Below, piece after piece: positions 57,459-64,000 of a stretch of 64,000 bases of DNA (the stretch's first letter is position 1; each line of letters opens with the position of its first letter). Source of the DNA: a virus (lineage: Duplodnaviria > Heunggongvirae > Uroviricota > Caudoviricetes); the IMG/VR virus record IMGVR_UViG_3300032245_000624, one strand, 5' to 3'. Position numbers and translations under genes: made by a program. The notes beneath the pieces are model-generated. The model saw nothing but the letters and a program-made list of their open reading frames with translations, did not search any database and was not told the DNA's origin.

Positions 57459-57835
57459 TCTATAATCTCCGGGTATTCTTTTCCATATAGTTTCATTAGG
57501 TAACCTGCTTCTGCATCTGCTTCACGTTCTAGTTTACTGCCAGGAGGACTATGTCCATGAATGCGACCTTGGGTGCCTTGCTTGACGTGCTTTAGTTCAT
57601 GCGCCACTGTGCGTAGTATATCAATTAGATTTCTATTGCCAGTGTACACATACATGGTATTCTCTTGATGATTGAACCAACCAGTATGGTGCATGTCTTC
57701 TGTTTCTTTTTCAGAACTAAAAGTGATTGTGGGCAACGGACCACGAATGTTTTCTTTTTGGTATACCCATTCAATGAAATGAGCTATCCTGTCTTCGTGG
57801 TTGTTGGGGGCATTGATAATTTCTTCTATTAACAT
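57455..57835 (-). CDS. Hypothetical protein with an HExxH motif (possible small metallopeptidase)
   Basis: TVAHELKHVKQG. Confidence 0.4.
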   Translation of the reverse strand: MLIEEIINAPNNHEDRIAHFIEWVYQKENIRGPLPTITFSSEKETEDMHHTGWFNHQENTMYVYTGNRNLIDILRTVAHELKHVKQGTQGRIHGHSPPGSKLEREADAEAGYLMKLYGKEYPEIIE

Positions 57836-59124
57836 TATTGCCCCTGTTGATTTTGTGAAAGCTGTTTTAGTGCATCTCTAAGACCATCTATTACCACATT
57901 CAAACTGTCTTCATCTGCTTGGTATTTAATGCCAATGCCGCCTTTGGATCTCCAGCTCACAATGTTGGTTCCACGATCGTCAATCAGGATGTTTGGAGTA
58001 CCGTCAGGCTGAGTGGCGTGTTTTTCTTTTCGTGACGTAATGATAATGTCGCGTGGTTGAATACTGAGATTCTGTTGCAACCAGATACGTTTGTGTTCTT
58101 CGCTGTTTGCATGATCACCACGCAGTGGACTTGAGCAGATATTGTAGTGACCAAATAATTTTGTCACTGTGCTTACCAGTGCATCTGTGGTGGGAAACTT
58201 TGGCAAGCGAGAAAAGAAATCTGTTCCTATCATACGATTCAATGTAGGATCAGTCTTGGCAGAAGGAATATTTCTATAATTGTAGCGGCCACTACCATCT
58301 GGTGGAACACCTGCTAGCTTGGCGTACTCTGAGAAGAAGTCGCACAGCACACCGTCCATGTCTAAAAAGATTTCTGGTTTGCTTTTGTTTTCTGGAGGTG
58401 ATGGTAAGCCAGGAGTGTCATCATCTTCGTCTATGCTGAGGTCTCTGTCAGTTAACCCTGTTAGGTGTATACGAATCTTGTCAAGATAACCTTGGGCACG
58501 TAGCAGTTTAAATGCTAGATTCTCAGGACTAAATTCGCCTGCTGTTTCTAGCCCTGTTTTACGCATGGCCTTGACATCGCTCCACACAGCAGTTGCACGA
58601 TCAAGATCTTGACTTATGATTGCTTGATCAATTCTATGCTTCATGTTACTGTACTTTTCACGCACATCCATGTCATCAATGTCTGCACGTTGGCGCTTGG
58701 GCTTGCTTACCCAACGGTCTTCTTTGACACTGTAGATACCCATGCTGTGATGTGCTTGCTCAACGTCCTGGACATAAAGCTCAACATCAAAACCACGCAC
58801 CTTGATATCATGTGTGTCATTGTACTGATACTTTTTGGCATCAAACAGCTGACGTAATTCATCCTCGTGTGCATCAGGAATCATAACCACAAGATGTAGA
58901 TCAATGTCACTGCTGGGTGTATAAGTGTAAGCGGCATTGCTACCCGAAATAGTAATATCCACTAGATCGTAGTTGTCAATGCCCAGAAATTCTTTGAAGT
59001 GATCTGCAATACGCAACAATGCGCGGCGCACTTCTGTTTGCAGACGCTCGTTTTTCCAAAGAGCTGGGTTTAGCTCATCGTGAAACTGTACCGCCTGACT
59101 TAGTTCAAATTCGTTTAATCGCAT
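57835..59124 (-). CDS. Fusion protein: Pol-beta-like nucleotidyltransferase domain plus HAD-family 5'(3')-deoxyribonucleotidase/phosphatase domain
   Basis: GSNAAYTYTPSSDIDLHLVV (NTase G-S...D-x-D) and IFLDMDGVLCDF (HAD DxDGxL). Confidence 0.6.
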   Translation of the reverse strand: MRLNEFELSQAVQFHDELNPALWKNERLQTEVRRALLRIADHFKEFLGIDNYDLVDITISGSNAAYTYTPSSDIDLHLVVMIPDAHEDELRQLFDAKKYQYNDTHDIKVRGFDVELYVQDVEQAHHSMGIYSVKEDRWVSKPKRQRADIDDMDVREKYSNMKHRIDQAIISQDLDRATAVWSDVKAMRKTGLETAGEFSPENLAFKLLRAQGYLDKIRIHLTGLTDRDLSIDEDDDTPGLPSPPENKSKPEIFLDMDGVLCDFFSEYAKLAGVPPDGSGRYNYRNIPSAKTDPTLNRMIGTDFFSRLPKFPTTDALVSTVTKLFGHYNICSSPLRGDHANSEEHKRIWLQQNLSIQPRDIIITSRKEKHATQPDGTPNILIDDRGTNIVSWRSKGGIGIKYQADEDSLNVVIDGLRDALKQLSQNQQGQ

Positions 59125-59224
59125 GTCTGCATCCTGATCAAGTATTTATTGCAAGGTGCAAATGCGGGTACAGTTAGAGATTGCCGGGCTATGAACCCGG
59201 CAATTCCATTGATATCAATGCTGA

Positions 59225-59815
59225 TCAGCGTTTGTCAACCACTGAATCTGCTAGACCGTACGCCACTGCTTCTTGTGCGCTCATGAAAAAGTCGCGTTCC
59301 ATGTCTGGTGCAATTTCATCAAAGGTACGACCCACACTGTTGTGTTTAACATAAACATCTGTTAGATTGCGCTTCATTTTAAGGATTTCACGCACCTGGA
59401 TTTCCATGTCTGTGGCTTGGCCACCAGCACCGCCTGATGGTTGGTGAATCATATGTCGTGCATTGGGTAATATTAGCCGTTTACCCGGTGCACCTGCTTG
59501 TGCTAGTAAACTGCCCATGGAGCAGGCTTGACCCATAACAATGGTACTTACATCAGGTTTAATAAACTGCATGGTATCGTAGATTGCCATTCCAGCGGTA
59601 ACAACACCGCCAGGAGAATTGATGTAGAACAGGATGTCTGCATCTGGGTTTTCGCTTTCTAAAAATAGCAGTTGCGCTACCACAAGGCTGGCACTATGCT
59701 CGTTGACGTCTGTGTCTAAAAGTACAATACGATCTTTGAGCAAGCGGCTATAGATATCATAGGCTCGCTCGCCGTGTGAAGTTTTTTCTAGTACTGTGGG
59801 TACAAAATTTGGCAT
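59225..59815 (-). CDS. clpP: ATP-dependent Clp protease proteolytic subunit
   Basis: Full-length similarity. [10 protein letters not shown] (Ser nucleophile) and MIHQP (His). Confidence 0.9.
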   Translation of the reverse strand: MPNFVPTVLEKTSHGERAYDIYSRLLKDRIVLLDTDVNEHSASLVVAQLLFLESENPDADILFYINSPGGVVTAGMAIYDTMQFIKPDVSTIVMGQACSMGSLLAQAGAPGKRLILPNARHMIHQPSGGAGGQATDMEIQVREILKMKRNLTDVYVKHNSVGRTFDEIAPDMERDFFMSAQEAVAYGLADSVVDKR

Positions 59816-59841
59816 ATATGCTCCTAGTTAATCTATAGTCA

Positions 59842-59870
59842 ATTATAGACAACTATAGAGCATTTGTCAA
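59842..59870 (-). promoter_or_regulatory. Consensus sigma70 promoter TTGACA-17-TATAAT upstream of clpP
   Basis: Plus tgtcaa at 59865-59870 and attata at 59842-59847. Confidence 0.65.
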
Positions 59871-60406
59871 CATTTAAATAGATCTTGATGGCGGAACCAG
59901 CGTTTCTGTCCGTGAGCAATTTTTAGGCTAATTCCCCATTCAGCCATGTCAGGGCGCCAATGGTGGAAACTAGGGCCGTGGGCACCTGAATCCCAGTACA
60001 TCTCTCTTCCAAATTCTCTTATGTGGTCCCAGCGATAAATGTCCCATTGCCACTGGTGTACCATCTCGTGTGCTAGTGTGGTACAAAACCACTGTGGGCA
60101 AAACCATTTGTCGTATAGCTCTATTCTACAGTAGGTGCCAGGTTGACCGCGTTTTTGTTTGGTTTCAAGCCAGTTACAACGACCCCAGCATTTTTTTAGT
60201 GTGCCCAGAATAATATCAGGCTGTGTTAGAGCATTGTTGAATATGTGCTTGTTGAGAGCACGGTACAGTGCGTCAACTTCTTCTGGGTGCGGGCGGAATG
60301 GAAGCCGTTTTTGGGTACTGATGTTGGGCAACTCAGCGTTCATGTACTGTGTTATCAAGTGTGGTCTGGCCATAAGAAAACCCTCCGCTAGCGTATTTAC
60401 ATACAC
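59867..60406 (-). CDS. SprT-like zinc metalloprotease domain protein
   Basis: TLAHEMVHQWQW (HExxH inside a SprT-like context). Confidence 0.55.
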   Translation of the reverse strand: MYVNTLAEGFLMARPHLITQYMNAELPNISTQKRLPFRPHPEEVDALYRALNKHIFNNALTQPDIILGTLKKCWGRCNWLETKQKRGQPGTYCRIELYDKWFCPQWFCTTLAHEMVHQWQWDIYRWDHIREFGREMYWDSGAHGPSFHHWRPDMAEWGISLKIAHGQKRWFRHQDLFKC

Positions 60407-60430
60407 TAGGGAGGGCTTAAACTGTAGCGA

Positions 60431-61183
60431 TTATTGCACAGTTGTTTGCCCGATTACAGCACCGGGCTTTTGAAGGGCGGCATCCCGCCGAGCCTTGTAT
60501 TCTTCGTTATCAACGGGCATCAGTGTAATACCTTCTACCTTGCTAACGGGTTTTACTTCTGTAACGCTCTTGCCCTTGTTCATTTCACGATCAAGTTCAT
60601 TCATGCCTGCATCAATAGCATCTTCTTTGAGTTGACGCTCACGTTGCAGTTTGTCTTTGAGCATACGATTAGCATCGCCCATTGGGTAGCGCACCAGCAC
60701 AAAGGTACGATAGCCACGATTTTCGGCTAGCACACGGGTATCTTCCAAGTGCATGCCTGTAACAGCGGTGTCAACAATCACCTTTTTAACGATCAACTGT
60801 GTGCGGTCTGTGCCCACAGTGCCTGCATCATCCTTGCGGTTTTGCTTGACTAGTGCGTTGATAACACCGTTAATCTTGTCCGCTAACTGTACTTGTGCAT
60901 CCAACAGTGCCTTTTGACGGCTCATTGCTAGATCGCTGGACACAGCGGTTCCTGCAATATACACATAGTCTTCGGTGCTAGCAGGTGCCTTGATGTACCA
61001 AGCGGGTAGATCAATTGTTGCGGCATTTTCCACACGACCTTGTGCGGCTAAAGTTTGATCTTTAGTAACAGCAGGCGTTGGGCTGGGCAGTGGTGCCTCG
61101 GCCTTTTTCTGTGACATGCTAGAACAGCCGGTTAAGGCAGTTAAGATACTTGCAGTGATAATCAGACGTTTCATTTTTTTCAT
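60431..61183 (-). CDS. Lipoprotein (likely start MKKMKRLIITASILTALTGCSS)
   Basis: Lipobox LTGC. The listed longer ORF (to 61408) has no signal peptide at its N-terminus. Confidence 0.5.
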   Translation of the reverse strand: MKKMKRLIITASILTALTGCSSMSQKKAEAPLPSPTPAVTKDQTLAAQGRVENAATIDLPAWYIKAPASTEDYVYIAGTAVSSDLAMSRQKALLDAQVQLADKINGVINALVKQNRKDDAGTVGTDRTQLIVKKVIVDTAVTGMHLEDTRVLAENRGYRTFVLVRYPMGDANRMLKDKLQRERQLKEDAIDAGMNELDREMNKGKSVTEVKPVSKVEGITLMPVDNEEYKARRDAALQKPGAVIGQTTVQ

Positions 61184-61223
61184 CCTTTTAAAGGTTACGA
61201 CAGTTGTTATAGTAGCAGTTAAT

Positions 61224-61787
61224 TTAGAATTTGTCAACCACTTGCCACTCTTGATTTCGAACCAAACAAGCGATACCTTGCCATTGGTACAATTGAGTGC
61301 CTTGTGCATCCGTTTCAATAAACCAGCGACATGTGGTATTTTTATAACGGAATGGCTCCGGGTGCTGTGGGTCAATTTGGACTTCACTTTCTTTAATGAT
61401 GTCACCAATTTTCACAGCGGCTCGAACTTTTGGAATGGGTTGATCAGTACACACCATGCTTTGGTCCATGGTAATTTTGGATCCACCCACTGAATCTAGT
61501 AAGTGTGCTTTACCGGCATCCATTGCGCCTGCACAGATCTGTTCTTCACCTAGGCCTCTATCACCTTCATTTACCGCTTCTCCGGTATGCCATTGGTTTT
61601 TGATCTGAGCACGGAATGTTACCACGCACCTTAGTTGATTTCTGGGTAGAGGAACAACACTGCGCTCTACGTCAACAATGCGTTGAATTTTAACAGGCAG
61701 TTGTTTGATTGCCGCACTGCGGCTATAACATTCTGCATGAGCAGAACCAACAGCAAACAGTGCCAGTAAGAGAGCAGTTTTTTTCAT
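61224..61787 (-). CDS. Periplasmic or secreted protein (187 aa) with a signal peptide
   Basis: MKKTALLLALFAVGSAHA. Confidence 0.55.
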   Translation of the reverse strand: MKKTALLLALFAVGSAHAECYSRSAAIKQLPVKIQRIVDVERSVVPLPRNQLRCVVTFRAQIKNQWHTGEAVNEGDRGLGEEQICAGAMDAGKAHLLDSVGGSKITMDQSMVCTDQPIPKVRAAVKIGDIIKESEVQIDPQHPEPFRYKNTTCRWFIETDAQGTQLYQWQGIACLVRNQEWQVVDKF

Positions 61788-62104
61788 CGACAGTACTTGA
61801 GTAGATAATCAATTTTGCCACGGATTATCGCAGTGTTCACACCACGATAGCTTTTGTAACGTTCTGCATAGGTACCATCTGCCATGGTAAGCAAGGTACC
61901 ACTAACACCTGTCATCGCCAGTGCATTGGTCCAGCGGTCCTGTCTGTCAGGCAGTTGCATTTGTAAAAATTCAACCTGTTCCCACTTGCGGTTGCAATCC
62001 AACTTGTAGTTGTCTAGCTCTTCCACTGTGAGATGATTGGTTGTACCCCAGGCCATTGCTAGACCTGGAACTATCAACGATAGACTTGCAATGTAGGATC
62101 GCAT
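61784..62104 (-). CDS. Exported protein (start at the internal Met, MRSYIASLSLIVPGLAMA)
   Basis: Signal peptide begins at residue 7 of the listed ORF 61784..62122. Confidence 0.45.
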   Translation of the reverse strand: MRSYIASLSLIVPGLAMAWGTTNHLTVEELDNYKLDCNRKWEQVEFLQMQLPDRQDRWTNALAMTGVSGTLLTMADGTYAERYKSYRGVNTAIIRGKIDYLLKYCR

Positions 62105-62334
62105 TGTGACCTCAATGTCCAAATTAGATTTTTAGCACGAGCTTGATATTCACGATCGCCGTCGTTGCCGGGCAATCGCATTTGTCTTTCTAAGTATGCA
62201 ATCTGCAATCTTGCATTGCCGCAGTCAGGGCGCATACGTGAAAGATCCTGCATGGGCAAACGTGATTCTGTTGCACAGCCTACTAGTGTAACCAACAGGC
62301 CTGCGAGAGCAAAGACTTTCATGTCAGTCCTCAA
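62074..62334 (-). CDS. Small lipoprotein (86 aa)
   Basis: Lipobox LVGCAT. Confidence 0.5.
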   Translation of the reverse strand: MRTDMKVFALAGLLVTLVGCATESRLPMQDLSRMRPDCGNARLQIAYLERQMRLPGNDGDREYQARAKNLIWTLRSQCDPTLQVYR

Positions 62335-62488
62335 GTTTGTTAGGATGTTTGGGTTTACGCACGTAGGTGCCTCGTTTGTTCTTTACCGTTTTTGGACGAA
62401 ATGGTGAATTTTCGGCAAACAGCACAAAGTGAGCACGAGTACGAGCACGTGGTACTTCAAATCGAATTGTAGTGTTCTTATTCATCAT
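62324..62488 (-). CDS. Small highly basic protein (about 54 aa, MMNKNTTIRFEV...KNKRGTYVRKPKHPNK), probably leaderless
   Basis: The listed start at 62524 lies inside the -35 of the promoter. The first ATG after the -10 is at about 62488, about 7 nt downstream. Confidence 0.4.
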   Translation of the reverse strand: MMNKNTTIRFEVPRARTRAHFVLFAENSPFRPKTVKNKRGTYVRKPKHPNKLED

Positions 62489-62495
62489 AGTCCAA

Positions 62496-62524
62496 ATTAT
62501 ACATGTAAATGGATTATTGGTCAA
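62496..62524 (-). promoter_or_regulatory. Promoter TTGACC-17-TATAAT
   Basis: Plus ggtcaa at 62519-62524 and attata at 62496-62501. Confidence 0.6.
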
Positions 62525-62715
62525 CCGTGTTTGTTTACAGTGACGTTGCTTTTAAACAAACCACCAATCACAACCACTGCCGCCCAGGTTTCCCAAGTGT
62601 AAGGAATAGCCAAGGTTGGGAACAGAGTGTTCATGGACCAAATGGTCAACAACGGGCCTAAAACAATCAGCGCCAATACAAATACCGCAACAGAAACAAT
62701 CTTAATCATTACCAA
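62521..62715 (-). CDS. Small membrane protein (64 aa)
   Basis: Two hydrophobic helices. Confidence 0.45.
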   Translation of the reverse strand: MVMIKIVSVAVFVLALIVLGPLLTIWSMNTLFPTLAIPYTWETWAAVVVIGGLFKSNVTVNKHG

Positions 62716-62912
62716 CTCCTATAAGTTCTTGGGTGGCCGTACAAATTAGGGTTCACCCCATTGTTGTTTTTGTACGACTGGTTGAAACAAACTTCACCGC
62801 CTTGGTCAGCATAGCAACTGCGAGTGCCTGCTAGATCCTGGCTCACTAGAGCCGGGCGTTGACTGGCGCACCCAGTGAGTGCAACCAGCACGAGAACAAT
62901 TAAACTTTTCAT
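62709..62912 (-). CDS. Small lipoprotein (internal start MKSLIVLVLVALTGCAS)
   Basis: Lipobox. The listed longer ORF to 63047 uses a GTG start and overlaps the upstream gene. Confidence 0.45.
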   Translation of the reverse strand: MKSLIVLVLVALTGCASQRPALVSQDLAGTRSCYADQGGEVCFNQSYKNNNGVNPNLYGHPRTYRSW

Positions 62913-63328
62913 TACCAGCGCCTCAATCCACCACCATGATAGGTAGGATGGCTGGGTTGCTGATAAATTATCACTGGCGGAGGTGGTGCATACACTATCT
63001 GTGGCACGGCTTGATAGCAACCTGTACAACAAACAGTATTCCCCCACTGGTCAATGTAACACCCACGTGGTTGGGGCTGTACATACACCTCACGACGTTG
63101 TTCATATGTGTAGCCAAAAGGACGACGAGCTTCTGCTTGACGCTCACCCATCTCATATCCGATCACTGCACCAATTGCAGTGGTTGCGGCTTTACCGTTA
63201 CCTTGTCCAAACTGATTACCAATTGCGGCACCAATCACCGCACCCATCACTGGTTCTATCTCCACAGCCTGAGCAACAGGCGCGGTTAATGCGACCAGCA
63301 TTGACAGGGCTAACAGTTTACGTTTCAT
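62912..63328 (-). CDS. Glycine-zipper (GxxxG array) exported protein
   Basis: Signal peptide plus GAVIGAAIGNQFGQGNG...IGAVIGY. RBS AAAGGAG. Confidence 0.55.
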   Translation of the reverse strand: MKRKLLALSMLVALTAPVAQAVEIEPVMGAVIGAAIGNQFGQGNGKAATTAIGAVIGYEMGERQAEARRPFGYTYEQRREVYVQPQPRGCYIDQWGNTVCCTGCYQAVPQIVYAPPPPVIIYQQPSHPTYHGGGLRRW

Positions 63329-63381
63329 TTTGCACTCCTTTAAGGCAATTTACAGTTCTATTTACTTAACTGTTACCCACA

Positions 63382-63410
63382 GTATATACAAAACGGGCAT
63401 TTGTGTCAAC
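63382..63410 (-). promoter_or_regulatory. Promoter TTGACA-17-TATACT
   Basis: Plus tgtcaa at 63405-63410 and agtata at 63382-63387. Confidence 0.6.
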
Positions 63411-63412
63411 CG

Positions 63413-63442
63413 TAAAAAACGGGCAAAAAGTGCCCGTTTTTC
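63413..63442 (-). terminator. Rho-independent terminator (ACGGGCACUUUUUGCCCGU plus UUUUUUA)
   Basis: Hairpin plus U-tract. Confidence 0.65.
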
Positions 63443-63463
63443 AAGAGGTTAGCAGTTACTAAC

Positions 63464-63622
63464 TTAGTAAGAATCGCGAAATTGCTTATAAGTCCACTGC
63501 TTGTACAGGTGCTCCAAATCCACTGCATTTTGTGGGTTATGGCTTATAACCCAACTTTCAAAGTCAGATGGTTGGCGGAACATTTCCTGTACTCGCTCCC
63601 ACATTTCTTTTACTGTGATCAT
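63464..63622 (-). CDS. Unlisted small protein (52 aa, MITVKEMWERVQEMFRQPSDFESW...)
   Basis: ATGA overlap with the upstream small ORF. Confidence 0.35.
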   Translation of the reverse strand: MITVKEMWERVQEMFRQPSDFESWVISHNPQNAVDLEHLYKQWTYKQFRDSY

Positions 63623-63735
63623 TTGTACAACTCCCGGGCACCCTTGACGTTGCCAGTACGAGCCATGTAAGCCGCGGCTCTAGCGGTACCCCAGGATTCG
63701 CACAGCGACCATATGGTTGCCAAAAATTGTTTCAT
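63619..63735 (-). CDS. Unlisted small ORF (38 aa)
   Basis: Sits between the partial gene and the 52 aa ORF, coupled to both. Confidence 0.25.
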   Translation of the reverse strand: MKQFLATIWSLCESWGTARAAAYMARTGNVKGARELYK

Positions 63736-63737
63736 GA

Positions 63738-64000
63738 TTACTTGGCCTTTGCTGTGGTAGCTGGCTTGAATGCTTCTTTCCAGAAATTGGTGTAGTATTC
63801 TGTAGCCTGGGTAATGTAGTCAGCTTTGGCAGCTTCTTGAGCGGCTTTGGCCACTTCTTTGCCAATTGTGGTTGCTGTGTCAGTTGACACCTTCACTGCA
63901 TCCTTGGCGATTGTTGTTTCTGTATCAACCCAATTTGTCAGGCTTTCGGCGATTGCCTCATGCTTGATAAAAGTCTTGATTGCTTGCTTCTTTGCGGTTT
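63738..64000 (-). CDS. Partial CDS (C-terminal part only; the start is beyond the window), Ala/Lys-rich helical protein
   Basis: Open minus frame to the window end. It ends in KPATTAKAK and a stop at 63738-63740. Confidence 0.4.
   Translation of the reverse strand, partial: TAKKQAIKTFIKHEAIAESLTNWVDTETTIAKDAVKVSTDTATTIGKEVAKAAQEAAKADYITQATEYYTNFWKEAFKPATTAKAK

Noticed and set aside
63680-63865. ORF 63680..63865 (61 aa)
   Set aside because: It overlaps, in a different frame, the partial gene that runs to the window edge and the coupled small ORFs, with no RBS.

Overview
This 64 kb window looks like a segment of a large virulent tailed-phage genome. Every credible gene is on the minus strand and packed head to tail, with frequent ATGA/TAATG start-stop overlaps. 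The listed plus-strand ORFs are shadow ORFs of the minus-strand genes. Positions 1-18.5 kb hold giant virion fibre and structural genes. These are a partial fibre gene, an 1827 aa protein with BNR/Asp-box repeats, a 1236 aa protein, and a 2141 aa highly repetitive fibre. Three of the fibre genes share a conserved N-terminal module. Positions 18.6-64 kb are an early/middle accessory region. It is driven by a repeated sigma70-type promoter cassette (TTGAC[C/A/T]-17-TATA[C/A]T, about a dozen copies) with intrinsic terminators. Recognisable genes are an Fe/Mn SOD, IF-1 (infA), peptide deformylase, a metallophosphoesterase, GT90 and GT1 glycosyltransferases and an SPFH lipoprotein. Further genes are a MazG-like NTP pyrophosphatase, an ATP-dependent DNA ligase, AhpC and AhpD, an Ail/Lom-like outer-membrane protein and an LpxH-like phosphoesterase. 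Also present are an alpha/beta hydrolase, an AAA ATPase, rIIA/rIIB, a deaminase-GNAT fusion, a nucleotidyltransferase-HAD fusion, ClpP and a SprT-like protease, plus many lipoproteins and secreted peptides. The most striking items are as follows. At 44.27-44.73 kb there is a circularly permuted (two-piece) tmRNA gene with its own promoter and terminator. At 37.80-37.88 kb there is a 24 aa PqqA-like peptide gene with no other pqq genes. At 21.9-24.8 kb there is a translationally coupled tandem array of at least 10 paralogous small genes ending in an F-x-LKW motif. Several perfect palindromic operator-like sites sit at promoters. No CRISPR array, rRNA or integrase was seen. All coordinates for RNA and regulatory sites come from hand indexing and may be off by 1-2 nt.
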